Shown here: in pieces, positions 1-10,000 of the stretch | Layout of the letters: every line of letters begins with the position of its first letter | Numbering within the stretch: the stretch's first letter is position 1 | NCBI GenBank assembly: GCA_964610875.1 | Contig: CAZSWP010000034.1 | Span: 1-39,117, forward strand | Direction: 5' to 3' | From: an uncultured archaeon | GTDB taxonomy: Archaea; Asgardarchaeota; Thorarchaeia; Thorarchaeales; Thorarchaeaceae | DNA: 39,117 nt | Notes under the pieces: generated by a model | What the model saw: only the letters and a program-made list of their open reading frames with translations | Database searches by the model: none | Told to the model about the DNA's origin: nothing | Translations under genes and position numbers: made by a program

Positions 1-186
1 CAACAGGATATACTGCTTGCTTGAGACGATGGTCAGGTCGTGTCAACATAGCGATCCAGGTGATGTTGACGTGTCTCAAGGGATAGTCTATTGACCGAGG
101 CATATAAACTCCTAGAGACATGTAGAGGAGAAGTGTGTTGCATCACTGTCATCTGATAGCGTGGTCACAAGGACTGACCGCTAAAT
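1..186 (-). other. Intervening element copy E1 (structured, intron-like; runs off the window edge) inserted in the hydrogenase large-subunit gene
   Basis: Protein similarity stops right after GYNH (CAT 189-187) and no frame continues with the expected RGIE. Minus strand shows CGCTATCAG, the CTCCT..ACATGT..AGGAG hairpin (130-109), TTATAT (107-102), GGTCA (96-92), nested stems CTTGAGAC/GTCTCAAG and GTCAACAT/ATGTTGAC, ACGACCTGACC (41-31) and CAGTA...GTTG, in the same order as in the 10001-10188 insert. Confidence 0.8.
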
Positions 187-339
187 ATGATTGTAGCCTA
201 TATTTACTTCAGCTTCGACAATCTGTTCACCCTCAATAGTGAGTTTGAACATGCCGGGCTCTTTGAGAGCGGGGTGCTGTGGTCCAATGGGAATTGTTAC
301 TCGTGGGGGAGTGATAACTTTCTTGTCTTCAATGGTCAT
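187..339 (-). CDS. Group 4 [NiFe]-hydrogenase large subunit (EchE/MbhL/NuoD-like), 5' part only, interrupted by E1
   Basis: MTIEDKK...IPIGPQHPALKEPGMFKLTIEGEQIVEAEVNIGYNH is the typical N-terminus of this family. It directly follows the NuoC-like gene. Confidence 0.85.
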
Positions 340-340
340 T

Positions 341-907
341 TCACAGTTCCTCCTTTGGTTTTGCACCAGTGGTCTTCGAACGTTCCATCAGTCCACGGGG
401 GTCTTCCCAGTCTTTGCGCAGAGGGTATTCGCCCTTAGGCCAGTTCTCGGGAAGTTCGACACGTCTGTATTGCAAAGCGCCGGTAGGCATCACGCCATAC
501 ATCTCTCTTAGCTCATTCTCAACAAACTCTACAGCAGGCACAAGGTCTACAATACTGGGATATTCTGGTTTATCCCGAGGGACATTGACCTTTATGGTGA
601 TTGCAATCTTTCTGTCATTAAGGAAGAAATGGTAGTTAGCTTGAAGTTCATCACCAAGGTCTCTTCCGGAGAGGGTACTGAACTGCCACATATCATGTTT
701 TTCGAGCATGTGTATGACGAACTCGCGAATTTTATCGGCATGAACACGGATGAAGATACGTCGTGGTTGTTTGTGTACATAGCAATCATCTTTGATCACA
801 AGGTCTGGGACCTCTCGTAGGACATCTTCAAGAAGTGCATATTCTTCACGGTACTTCTCTTCCTTAGGAGCTGGTCGTACTTCAGATTCTACTTCTCCAT
901 CACTCAT
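341..907 (-). CDS. NuoC/EchD-like subunit of a membrane-bound hydrogenase/complex I-like module
   Basis: PSIVDLVPAVEFVENELREMYGV and LPENWPKGEYPLRKD motifs; operon context. Confidence 0.9.
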   Translation of the reverse strand: MSDGEVESEVRPAPKEEKYREEYALLEDVLREVPDLVIKDDCYVHKQPRRIFIRVHADKIREFVIHMLEKHDMWQFSTLSGRDLGDELQANYHFFLNDRKIAITIKVNVPRDKPEYPSIVDLVPAVEFVENELREMYGVMPTGALQYRRVELPENWPKGEYPLRKDWEDPRGLMERSKTTGAKPKEEL

Positions 908-1425
908 ACTTCAACAGCCTCCTTTTTTTGTACATGTTCGGGGATAGGGGGTTCTTCGAAATCAGGAGCAAGTTCCTTTGTAGTGACACCCAGCATCTCT
1001 GACAGCACCTCCAGTAGCTTGTATGCACCATAAGTGATTGCAGATGGTTTTGGAGGACATCCAGGGATGTATGCTGTCACAGGGATTGCTTGGTCCACAC
1101 CGCCCAGAACATTATAGGCACCTCTGAACACCCCGCCACTACAAGCACAGGAGCCAACAGCTACAACATACTTTGGTTCAGCCATCTGTTCATAGATGCG
1201 CTGCAGACGTGGTTTGAGTTGTTCAGTGACAGGTCCAGTACAGAGCATAATGTCAGCATGTCGGGGGCTACCCACTAGTTTTACACCAAAGCGTTCAAGG
1301 TCTATTCGTGGCATGAGAGCTGCGATGATTTCAATATCACACCCATTACAACTCCCACTATTGAAATGGAAGACATATGGTGATTTGATTCTTGCTTTGT
1401 TTATCAGTCTCTTGAAGAATCCCAT
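904..1425 (-). CDS. Group 4 hydrogenase small subunit (EchC/MbhJ/NuoB family)
   Basis: GSCNGCDIE, SPRHADI, AVGSCACSGG and IPGCPP motifs. The CxxC (rather than CC) N-terminal motif is hydrogenase-type. Confidence 0.92.
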   Translation of the reverse strand: MGFFKRLINKARIKSPYVFHFNSGSCNGCDIEIIAALMPRIDLERFGVKLVGSPRHADIMLCTGPVTEQLKPRLQRIYEQMAEPKYVVAVGSCACSGGVFRGAYNVLGGVDQAIPVTAYIPGCPPKPSAITYGAYKLLEVLSEMLGVTTKELAPDFEEPPIPEHVQKKEAVEV

Positions 1426-1431
1426 GTGTTT

Positions 1432-1770
1432 TTAGACCTCCATATCATTAGCAGGCGAGAGTGAAACATATGCTGCAGCAACAAGCGTGACTGCAAGATA
1501 AGCCAATACAATGACTCCAGGATTAGCCCATGATAAGAACAACATGAAGCCAATGATGTCAAAAAGCATAAAATAGATGGCAAACTGGAACAGCTCAAGA
1601 TTGAACTGGACCTTTCCACCTAGGAAAGCTGGCTCACCACAAGCATAAGCTTCTACTGCTGCGCCAGTTGTTCGAGCAGGGGGAGCTACAGAACGACCAA
1701 TGAGTAGAATGACAGCTGCAAAGAGCAAACTTAGACTTATTACTAGGATGAATCCGACTATTAGATCCAA
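1432..1770 (-). CDS. NuoA-like membrane subunit
   Basis: Three hydrophobic helices, YACGE loop, FAIYFMLFD motif; TTG start. Confidence 0.88.
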   Translation of the reverse strand: MDLIVGFILVISLSLLFAAVILLIGRSVAPPARTTGAAVEAYACGEPAFLGGKVQFNLELFQFAIYFMLFDIIGFMLFLSWANPGVIVLAYLAVTLVAAAYVSLSPANDMEV

Positions 1771-1971
1771 TGTGAATCACCGGTGCACCTGCTGTGTTCG
1801 AGTTCCGCGTCCCATGATTGCCATTAATATTCTTGATGGTAGCGTACCATGCTTTTGTAATGTTTCTCAGATTCATTAGGATATCAACAGTAAACATGAA
1901 CCGATGGAACGTGTATACATGTGATTTTTACATTAATGAAGGCTCGTTTATGTACATGGCATACTGATTGA

Positions 1972-2754
1972 TTATAGCTCGCGAACAGCTAGCAAAGCTG
2001 CACCAATCGCACCTGTCAACTGAGGATTCTCTGGCATCCAGAGATTGACGCCTAATTGTTCTGAGAGATAGTATCTAAATGCAGGATTTAATGCCACTCC
2101 GCCAGTCACACAGACAGGTTCGACCACACCCACTCGCTTTGAGAGTGTAGCAATCTTGGCAACCATTGATTTGTGTGCTCCTGCTGCGATATCAGCAGGG
2201 GATTTACCAGAACCAATGTGACCAATGACTTCACTCTCAGCAAAAACAGTACAGGTACTACTGATATCACAAGGGTCGGAAGACTCCATGGCTAATGGTC
2301 CTAATTCATCCAGAGACACTTCAAGAACTCTTGCCATGACTTCTAGAAACCTACCTGTACCAGCACTGCACTTATCATTTAACTCAAAATCGCTGGGACG
2401 ACCATTTTTCCCAATGCGAATTACTTTTGCGTCCTGACCACCGACATCAATCAGCATTGTGACCTCTGGATTTAATTTATTTACACCAATTGCATGACAT
2501 GTAATCTCAGTGACATTTTTCGTTGCAATATCTATTGATGTGCGTCCATAACCAGTACCGATGATTGGGATTGAAGAGAGGTCCTGAGGCAGTTTAGCCA
2601 TTACTGCCTCTACACACTTCTCTGCGGACAGTACAACTGATGCACCTGTTGCAACAAGAAATGAGGCAACAACATTCTCATCTCCATTCACTAGAACAGC
2701 CTTGGTTGTTGTGGAACCCGCGTCAATTCCAAGACCATAATCAGCGTTAGCCAT
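1972..2754 (-). CDS. 2-hydroxyacyl-CoA dehydratase activase (HgdC/BadF-G ASKHA ATPase)
   Basis: GIDAGSTTTK, TGYGR, EITCHA, IDVGGQDAK, NDKCSAGTGRFLE and STCTVFAESE motifs. Confidence 0.95.
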   Translation of the reverse strand: MANADYGLGIDAGSTTTKAVLVNGDENVVASFLVATGASVVLSAEKCVEAVMAKLPQDLSSIPIIGTGYGRTSIDIATKNVTEITCHAIGVNKLNPEVTMLIDVGGQDAKVIRIGKNGRPSDFELNDKCSAGTGRFLEVMARVLEVSLDELGPLAMESSDPCDISSTCTVFAESEVIGHIGSGKSPADIAAGAHKSMVAKIATLSKRVGVVEPVCVTGGVALNPAFRYYLSEQLGVNLWMPENPQLTGAIGAALLAVREL

Positions 2755-2767
2755 TATTTACAAGACC

Positions 2768-3985
2768 TCACATGAACATCTCAAGTAGTGCATCAACGCG
2801 AGTCTGGACCTGTGCATCATTGAACAGGCGACTATCAACCATATCACCTTCGATGATCACACCGGGCACGCCTGTTTCCTCTGTGACAAGTTCCTTAGAA
2901 ACTAACTGACCAAGAGAGTATCGTTTACAGGAACGTACTGAGAACATGATGAAGCCATCAAGGTCATAATCTCTAACCAATTGGCACATTTTCTCTACCT
3001 TTGCGTCAAGACCTTTGTTCAGGTATACATTGCTATAGAGTTCTGCAACATTCCCATAGAGGTCATCTCCTTCTATGGAACCTTGCCACGCATGTGTATA
3101 GGTGTCTGCTGGAAATACAACCCCTCGTTTTGCCATACCATTGAAGAAGCGAAATATCTGAAACCATGGAGGTATATTATCCCATAGAAGACGAACTTTC
3201 TCATCACGGATTGCACCTATGCCATCCTGTACACGTCCTTGAACCTCATCATACAGTGCTTGATAAAAATCAATGATATAATCAGTACCTCGAAGCGCTA
3301 CGACAGGTGCCATAGTGAGGAACCTGTCAGCGCAATTAAGAGGGCTGGGTTTGTTCTTACACGCTTGCAATGACTTTGTCCATAGATTGATTGCCCTTGT
3401 AGAATTCCTTGCCACTTCCTGCAGATTATCTTCTTCCATTGTTTTATCAAATTTATTTGCCAGGAACTCGATTAACCTATCAATACCTGTCTTGACATAT
3501 TCGATATGATGTGGTGCCTGCTCATTTTCAATCGGAGGTGTATCAAGAAGGAAAACAGGAGCGCCAGTCAACTCAGATATCGCATCATACCAACGGAGAA
3601 CGGTTCCACATATATTGTTACATGCAAGAAGAGCCTGTGGTTCGGGTAATCCTTCCATAGGACTCTCATCAGGGTGTTGAGTTGAACCAATACTGGACCT
3701 TGCGTATGAACACAACTCTTGTGAATATCCCAGTTCTTCAGCATAACCACATAGCTGCGGCCCGACTTTTTGAGAGCCGACTACTGCACCATATTGCTCA
3801 GGATAGGATGGTGTTACACCCATTGCAAGAGGTATTTCTACTGGAAATCCTGATGTGACCCATGCTAATTCCCCTTCCTCACTTGCTTGATGGCCCTCAA
3901 GCATATACCGAAACATGACTTGTTGAAGGTGAGTCTGCGACTCCAAAGGTCGATATGCTTTCTCTTTTTCTTTACCTTCACTCAT
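2768..3985 (-). CDS. 2-hydroxyacyl-CoA dehydratase subunit (HgdA/B, D-component family)
   Basis: YPEQYGA, ELCSYAR, CNNICGT, RSCKRYSLGQ, IEGDMVDSR and TRVDALLE motifs; start taken at MSEGK. Confidence 0.92.
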   Translation of the reverse strand: MSEGKEKEKAYRPLESQTHLQQVMFRYMLEGHQASEEGELAWVTSGFPVEIPLAMGVTPSYPEQYGAVVGSQKVGPQLCGYAEELGYSQELCSYARSSIGSTQHPDESPMEGLPEPQALLACNNICGTVLRWYDAISELTGAPVFLLDTPPIENEQAPHHIEYVKTGIDRLIEFLANKFDKTMEEDNLQEVARNSTRAINLWTKSLQACKNKPSPLNCADRFLTMAPVVALRGTDYIIDFYQALYDEVQGRVQDGIGAIRDEKVRLLWDNIPPWFQIFRFFNGMAKRGVVFPADTYTHAWQGSIEGDDLYGNVAELYSNVYLNKGLDAKVEKMCQLVRDYDLDGFIMFSVRSCKRYSLGQLVSKELVTEETGVPGVIIEGDMVDSRLFNDAQVQTRVDALLEMFM

Positions 3986-3986
3986 T

Positions 3987-5192
3987 CTAGCTACCTCCAA
4001 GTGTTTCTATGAAACTCTCAAGTCGTGTTGTCATTCGTTGTTGATCTGAGAACTCAGGATCCATAGGTAGACGGATAGACTTCACTCCCACATCTTTCGC
4101 AACAGACTCTAAGGATGGAGCCTCGAATTGATCAGGGTCACAGAAAGACTGCTCTGCAATTATAAGTCCATCAATCTTGAAGATTGTCAGAATCTCTCTC
4201 AAAAACTGCTTACGTTCATCAAGACCCTCCTGTGTTGGTTCCAATGGAGCGTGTAAATACGCGCGAGCTAATTCCACATATGGATCGCCGTCAAGGCGTG
4301 TTGAGGGGGTGAATATAATCTTGAATCCCAGCGATAACAGGTCTGTCAGAAGGATGTGTGGATGAGATTCCTCTATTTTGTTGAAGATTGCGGCGATGTT
4401 TTTCGGTTCAATCATCCCTCCAGCTATGATGATTCGCGGAGGGGACTCCTCAAACTCAAATTCTACATTCTCTTTGAATGAACCATTCAGAAGACCCATA
4501 TGTGTGTCATTAAGTTGAAGCATCAGTCCTTTCTCCTTCAGCTTGGATGCAATGTTCTTTGCATGATTGCTCACTCTTGTCGCCTCATCCTGAGTAGGAT
4601 TAGTGAAGAAATCTTTCAACATTGTACCAAGTTCGGTATAGGATAGAGAAGCTGGATGTATAAGACGAATTGAATAGAGAAGCTGCAATGCTATACGCCA
4701 TTCTTTAACAAAATCTATTGCATATGTTATTGACTCATTCTCAACAGTAGTTCCAAAATGTTTTGTTAAGGCTTCATTGAGAAGTCGTAGTTCTTCAGAA
4801 AAGAATTTGATAGCAGCATCTGTCACTTTACCAGCAGGATATGTCAAGCGGAATACATTATCTTCAGGAAAACGATGTTTCCAAACATCACCAACGTTTT
4901 GTAGAGAGTCACAGGTATTACTAGGGAACACAATACCTCTCAAATTATTCAGCTGCCCATTTGCTCGCTGACTGAATATATTCCTAGAGTAAGCACACGC
5001 AAATGTTTGAAGACTTGATTCGAACCCGCCAGAAACTCTAGAGGATGCTGATACAAGAGTGGGAGTCAAACCATGAGCAATGAACAGCTCAATGGGTGTG
5101 TGTTGATAGATATAGCCAATCTCTTGTGATGCAGTATTATTCCTTTCACTCGTTCGTGATCGAGAACTTTCAGTGATTTGTCCATCGCTCAA
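3987..5192 (-). CDS. 2-hydroxyacyl-CoA dehydratase second subunit (HgdB-like)
   Basis: TPIELF, LQTFACAYSR, FPSNTCDSLQ, SFCDPDQFE and TRLESFIE motifs. Confidence 0.9.
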   Translation of the reverse strand: MSDGQITESSRSRTSERNNTASQEIGYIYQHTPIELFIAHGLTPTLVSASSRVSGGFESSLQTFACAYSRNIFSQRANGQLNNLRGIVFPSNTCDSLQNVGDVWKHRFPEDNVFRLTYPAGKVTDAAIKFFSEELRLLNEALTKHFGTTVENESITYAIDFVKEWRIALQLLYSIRLIHPASLSYTELGTMLKDFFTNPTQDEATRVSNHAKNIASKLKEKGLMLQLNDTHMGLLNGSFKENVEFEFEESPPRIIIAGGMIEPKNIAAIFNKIEESHPHILLTDLLSLGFKIIFTPSTRLDGDPYVELARAYLHAPLEPTQEGLDERKQFLREILTIFKIDGLIIAEQSFCDPDQFEAPSLESVAKDVGVKSIRLPMDPEFSDQQRMTTRLESFIETLGGS

Positions 5193-5405
5193 ATTTCTGT
5201 CCTCTCATAAAATCCATTTTCGTGTCATTATATCTTAGTGTAGGAGGTCTTATTTCTATCGAATCATTTTGGTTATGAATGATTTCAATCAAAGAAGACA
5301 GATTTTCTATCCGCAGAAGAACATATCAGGCAGGATTGTAGTACTATTCAGATAGTCTAGGTCCGATTGTTCAGGACCATGAAAGAGTTATCGAGCGTGA
5401 GTAAT

Positions 5406-7151
5406 ATGAAAGAGTTATGGCACAAGAAAAAGTGGCCTGAGGATGTATCAGAAACACTTGTTTATCCGAAGAAACCACTCTTTGCAATATTGGATGATAC
5501 TGCTGAAACAGATGGCGAACTGCCTTATACGGTATATGACGGTCAGTCATGGACATTCAATCAAGTGAAGGATGAAACAGACCGAATCGCGAATTTTCTT
5601 GCGGCAAAGGGGATTGGAAAGGGAGATAAGGTTGCGATATTTCTACCAAATGTCCCTCATTATCCAACGGTATTTTTTGGAGCTCTAAAGACAGGTGCAA
5701 CAGTAGTTACTTGTAATCCATCGTATAGAGCTGGCGAGCTCAATTTCCAGCTGAAGGATTCAGGGGCAACTGTTGTTTTCGTCTTTGACCATCCAAAGAT
5801 CACACCTACTTGCTATGAAGCGATAAAAGGCACAGATGTCAATTTGGTTGTTATTTGTAGTATCAAAAGATTCCTACCGAAGATAAAAGCAGTTATTGGT
5901 GGTCTTCTAAAGAAGATTCCAAAAAGTCCATACTATGAGGAAGACAAAACTGTATTCTATGATGACATTGTGGCACACTATGAACCGAATCCACCAACGG
6001 TTGATATTAACCCCGATGAGGTAGCGCTCATTTTGTACACGGGAGGTACGACAGGAACACCGAAGGGAGCTGCACTCAGGCACAGCAATCTCTATTCCAA
6101 TATTCTTCAGATATACGAATGGGTCGTTTTGGACCCTAATGATATTGATGCCCCGAAGAAAATCGTGTATGGAGAAGAGGTCTTTGTAGGAGCTCTGCCA
6201 TGGTATCACAGCTATGGTCTGACTCTCACAATGTTGATGTCTGCAAAATATGCATGTCAACTGGTCTGTATTCCTGACCCCAGAGCAGGAGACCCACCCC
6301 TTTCAGAATTGTTGAGAGACCTTGAGAAATACAGAGGTACTATCTTCAATTGTGTTCCAGCGCTATATGCAGGGGTTGTCAATCATCCCAATGTCAACAA
6401 TTACGACTTGAGCTCCATAAAGATCTGTAGTTCTGGAGCAGCGCCTTTACCACCAGAACTTGCAAAACAGTTCGAAGATGTGACTGGAGCAATTCTGTTT
6501 GAGGGATATGGACTGTCTGAAACCTCCCCTGTAACGCACATCAACCCAACAAACAAGACTGACAGGAAATTCGGTTCAATAGGACTACCAGTCCCTGATA
6601 CTATAGCTAGAATTGTTGACATAGAAACAGGAACCAATGTCCTAGGTGTTGGTGAAACAGGAGAAATAGCCATTCATGGACCACAGGTGATGGAAGGCTA
6701 TTGGAACAAACCTGATGAAACAGATAATGTAATGCGACAGATAGAAGGAAAGCGATTCTTCCTGACTGGTGACATCGGACACATGGATGATGAGGGATTC
6801 TTTATCATAAGCGACAGGCGAAAAGATATGGTAAATGTTGGTGGCCTCAAAGCGTATCCCAGAGAGATTGAAGACATCTTCTATGAACATCCCAAGGTAG
6901 CAATGGTAGCGGCTATTGGGGTACCACGAGAAGATGACCCGAGTAACGAGTTTGTAAAAGCCTTCATTGTTCTTAAGGAAGGACAGACTGCAACCGGAGA
7001 TGAGTTCATCGAGTGGGCTCGGGATAAAATGGCTGGATACAAGAGACCCCGAGAAGTGGATATTGTGGACACGCTCCCCTTGAGCCAAGTAGGTAAAGTC
7101 CTTCGAAGAGAATTGAGAAAACAAGAACTCGAGAAGAGAGGTATGGCATAG
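5406..7151 (+). CDS. Long-chain-fatty-acid--CoA ligase (AMP-binding family)
   Basis: YTGGTTGTPKG, EGYGLSETSP, TGDIG, DRRKDM and LPLSQVGKVLR motifs; start codon uncertain (5367-5406). Confidence 0.93.
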   Translation: MKELWHKKKWPEDVSETLVYPKKPLFAILDDTAETDGELPYTVYDGQSWTFNQVKDETDRIANFLAAKGIGKGDKVAIFLPNVPHYPTVFFGALKTGATVVTCNPSYRAGELNFQLKDSGATVVFVFDHPKITPTCYEAIKGTDVNLVVICSIKRFLPKIKAVIGGLLKKIPKSPYYEEDKTVFYDDIVAHYEPNPPTVDINPDEVALILYTGGTTGTPKGAALRHSNLYSNILQIYEWVVLDPNDIDAPKKIVYGEEVFVGALPWYHSYGLTLTMLMSAKYACQLVCIPDPRAGDPPLSELLRDLEKYRGTIFNCVPALYAGVVNHPNVNNYDLSSIKICSSGAAPLPPELAKQFEDVTGAILFEGYGLSETSPVTHINPTNKTDRKFGSIGLPVPDTIARIVDIETGTNVLGVGETGEIAIHGPQVMEGYWNKPDETDNVMRQIEGKRFFLTGDIGHMDDEGFFIISDRRKDMVNVGGLKAYPREIEDIFYEHPKVAMVAAIGVPREDDPSNEFVKAFIVLKEGQTATGDEFIEWARDKMAGYKRPREVDIVDTLPLSQVGKVLRRELRKQELEKRGMA

Positions 7152-7155
7152 TTGA

Positions 7156-7189
7156 TGAGGGGGATTCCCCCTCACCTTCATCTTTTTTT
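7156..7189 (+). terminator. Hairpin plus T-tract after the CoA ligase gene
   Basis: TGAGGGGG-ATT-CCCCCTCA followed by a T7 run. Confidence 0.6.
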
Positions 7190-7237
7190 ATGATTTAGCA
7201 TAGTCCAGAATTCAGTAGACAGAATGTGTGAGTCAAG

Positions 7238-8164
7238 TTGGAAAAATCAGCTATAGTCACCGGTTGTTTTGGTTTCATTGGAAGTCATTTGGTAGACTTA
7301 CTATTGGAGAGGGGATATCTGGTCTTTGGAGTTGGTAAACCAAGAAAAGAGAAGCATCGTAATTTTTCAGGATTCATTGACTCTTCTCAATTCCAGTTGT
7401 TGGGGCAAGATGTACTAGATTTTAAGAGTCAGTCAGATATCCCAGAGAATATTGATACACTTTACCATCTTGCTACTGCTCGAGAACCTGAGAGTCCTCA
7501 GAGACTGACTGAGGTAAATGTAATAGGTACAATCAACATGCTAGAGTTAGCCCATAGATTTCATATGAGACGAGTGGTATTCATTTCAAGTGCAGCGGTC
7601 TATGGAAACCCAAACACCGAAATAATTACTGAACAGACACTAACTAGTCCTTTGAATTTCTATGCAGCATCGAAACTCTCCGCTGAAAAATATGTCAAAG
7701 TATACAATCTGAAACATGGTATTGAAACGGTCATTCTTCGGTACCATAATGTCTATGGACCACGAAAGGTATCACACAGAGGAGCAATTACTAATTTCGT
7801 CAATCGTGCATTAAGAGATGAATCAATCAAAATAGAAGGCAATGGATCTTATCGCTATAATCCCATATATGTAAAGGACATCGTGGAAGTAACTTATCGT
7901 GCAAGTCAAGTGGAAAGGGCGAATGGAGAAATCATCAACATCGGAGGTCCTGAGACAGTTACTCTTCTTGATATTATCAAACAGGTAAAACATGCTCTTC
8001 CTGAGAGTCGTTCAGAAGTCATCTTTAGTGAGAGCCGATCCAACTGGGGAGATGCTCACATATGTGATACGAGTTATATGGCTGAGATTCTTGGATTCTC
8101 ACCCACGCAGACTCTAGAGAACACACTGAGTCCCACTATACAATGGTACCAGTCAGAAATCTAA
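7238..8164 (+). CDS. NAD-dependent epimerase/dehydratase (extended SDR)
   Basis: VTGCFGFIGSHL, SSAAVYG, YAASK and RYHNVYGP motifs. Confidence 0.92.
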   Translation: MEKSAIVTGCFGFIGSHLVDLLLERGYLVFGVGKPRKEKHRNFSGFIDSSQFQLLGQDVLDFKSQSDIPENIDTLYHLATAREPESPQRLTEVNVIGTINMLELAHRFHMRRVVFISSAAVYGNPNTEIITEQTLTSPLNFYAASKLSAEKYVKVYNLKHGIETVILRYHNVYGPRKVSHRGAITNFVNRALRDESIKIEGNGSYRYNPIYVKDIVEVTYRASQVERANGEIINIGGPETVTLLDIIKQVKHALPESRSEVIFSESRSNWGDAHICDTSYMAEILGFSPTQTLENTLSPTIQWYQSEI

Positions 8165-8182
8165 AGGAAGCACATATTCATT

Positions 8183-8869
8183 CTATAATATAATATACCA
8201 TGAGAGTGTCAGATACAGACCAAGAATTATGAGTAAAGAACCTACGACCACCTCAATTACACGTGCAGATTTCGCAAGTCTGGTTGCCATCCGATCTCTT
8301 GCTTCACCTGTAACGAGAGCAATTGCTAGATAGGGGATGGATACAGCTATTGCAAGTGTAATATACATCATTACAATTAGCAGAGGATTATTCACAGTGC
8401 TAAACACAACTATTAGACCCAGTATAGCAGTGCCAGAACAGGGTGCAGCGAGCAGAGAGTAGGTGAAACCAACTGAAAAAACACCAATCAAGCTCTTAGG
8501 GTCCCCAGGATCAGAAGTAATTGAGATATTTGTCAGCCTCAATTTTTCGCGTAATGTTTCTGATAGTGTTAGAATTCCAAGAATTATGATAATGATTCCC
8601 AAAATTGTTTGAATATATACGAAGTTCTGCAACAAGAAGGTGCCAATGATACTTGAAATCAAGATGAACACACCAAGAGAAACCAGTATTCCCAGAGTCA
8701 ATATTCCCGTTACTAAGAGACTTCGTCTTCTACTAGTTTCAGCCTGCAGATTCCTAATCAAGAATAGAGGTAACAATGGAAAGAGACAAGGTGACATAGC
8801 AATATAGAGGCCAACTCCAAAGGAGGCTCCTAAATCGATGAGTGCTTCCAAGAAGAATTCCTGCATCAT
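8183..8869 (-). CDS. CcdA/DsbD-like transmembrane thiol-exchange protein
   Basis: SPCLFPLLP and AAPCSG cysteine motifs in a roughly six-helix membrane protein. Confidence 0.88.
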   Translation of the reverse strand: MMQEFFLEALIDLGASFGVGLYIAMSPCLFPLLPLFLIRNLQAETSRRRSLLVTGILTLGILVSLGVFILISSIIGTFLLQNFVYIQTILGIIIIILGILTLSETLREKLRLTNISITSDPGDPKSLIGVFSVGFTYSLLAAPCSGTAILGLIVVFSTVNNPLLIVMMYITLAIAVSIPYLAIALVTGEARDRMATRLAKSARVIEVVVGSLLIILGLYLTLSWYIIL

Positions 8870-8897
8870 TGAATCTCCCTACTTCGATAGCTGGACC

Positions 8898-9413
8898 TTA
8901 TTCGAGCTCTTCTTTGTGTTTTCGACCAAGCTCGACATATAACTCCGCGTTGCTTCTGAAACCGTCCCTCATGGTATCCGTAACTTCTTTCACTACCTTA
9001 CCGGGAATTCCCAAAACCAGGGAGTTTGGAGGAATCTCGCTACGTTCTGTCACTACCGCACCAGAGCCGACAACACTACCCGCTCCAATCTTGGCACCGG
9101 ACAAAATAATTGCACCAATTCCAACAACCACATTATCACCAATCTCCGCACCATGAATAACACAGTTGTGTCCTGCAGTGACATAGTCACCAATTACAGT
9201 AGGATTCATGAACTCGGTATGCACGGTCGCATTGTCCTGTATAGAAGTCCCTTTTCCTACACGGATATAGTTCATGTCCCCTCTCAATACTGCAAATTCC
9301 CAGATACTGGAGTCCTCTCCAATTTCAACATCTCCAAGAAGGGATGCTCTCGGAGAAACATAGGCATTAGGATGTATCTTAGGTTTCTTACCATCGAATT
9401 CATGCAAACCCAT
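8898..9413 (-). CDS. Gamma carbonic anhydrase family protein
   Basis: Hexapeptide repeats; LRGD, IQDNATVH and GHNCVIHG motifs. Confidence 0.93.
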   Translation of the reverse strand: MGLHEFDGKKPKIHPNAYVSPRASLLGDVEIGEDSSIWEFAVLRGDMNYIRVGKGTSIQDNATVHTEFMNPTVIGDYVTAGHNCVIHGAEIGDNVVVGIGAIILSGAKIGAGSVVGSGAVVTERSEIPPNSLVLGIPGKVVKEVTDTMRDGFRSNAELYVELGRKHKEELE

Positions 9414-9501
9414 CTAGATATCCACCAAGATGTTGGTACAATGTTTTATCTATAAGACTATTGAAATGAGGACAAATATCTTTGAACTGAGAGAGAAACA
9501 G

Positions 9502-10000
9502 ATGCCAGCTACTCCATTACATTATCCTCTAGCTTTGGGTATTCACAAGGCAAAGAGGGATCTGAGGTTACCAGCCATTGTTGTTGGTTCAGTGATGCCA
9601 GATATTGAAGTGCCAATTCTGTGGTATTTCTTTTCGGGAGTATTGCCGGATCATTTGTTTCTACATAGTTTCGTGGGAGCCCTCACAGTAGGAGTCCTAC
9701 TCACGGTGCTAGTAACACGTTTCCTATACGCACCAATAATCTCATTCTTTTTCGGTGTTGACAAAGCAAAATTGACCTTTGCATGTACACTTGATAGGAA
9801 CCTCATTCTTTCAAGTGTGATTGGCATTCTCAGTCATTTGCTATTGGATTATCCAATGCATTGGTACAATCCACTTCTCTGGCCTTGGGTGGATCCTTTT
9901 GCACTTGTTGGGCCGATGGTTCTCCTCTTTACTCCCTTTGGTCCCATCAACGGGCTTGCATACTGGCTTGCCAATTGGATCACAAATGGAATTATGATAG
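9502..10000 (+). CDS. DUF4184-like membrane protein, 5' part (exon 1)
   Basis: MPATPLH, GSVMPDIE, HSFVG and SHLLLDYPMH motifs. The last hydrophobic helix breaks into polar SRTDTNNQDKP* at the insert. Boundary ambiguous between 10000 and 10003. Confidence 0.8.

Noticed and set aside
78-92. AAGGGATAGTCT on the + strand resembles the group I intron J8/7-P7 consensus
   Set aside because: It is antisense to the host gene and is not conserved at the matching position of E2.
181-183. TAG in the hydrogenase gene as pyrrolysine/readthrough or a simple frameshift
   Set aside because: None of the three minus-strand frames beyond it encodes hydrogenase-like sequence.
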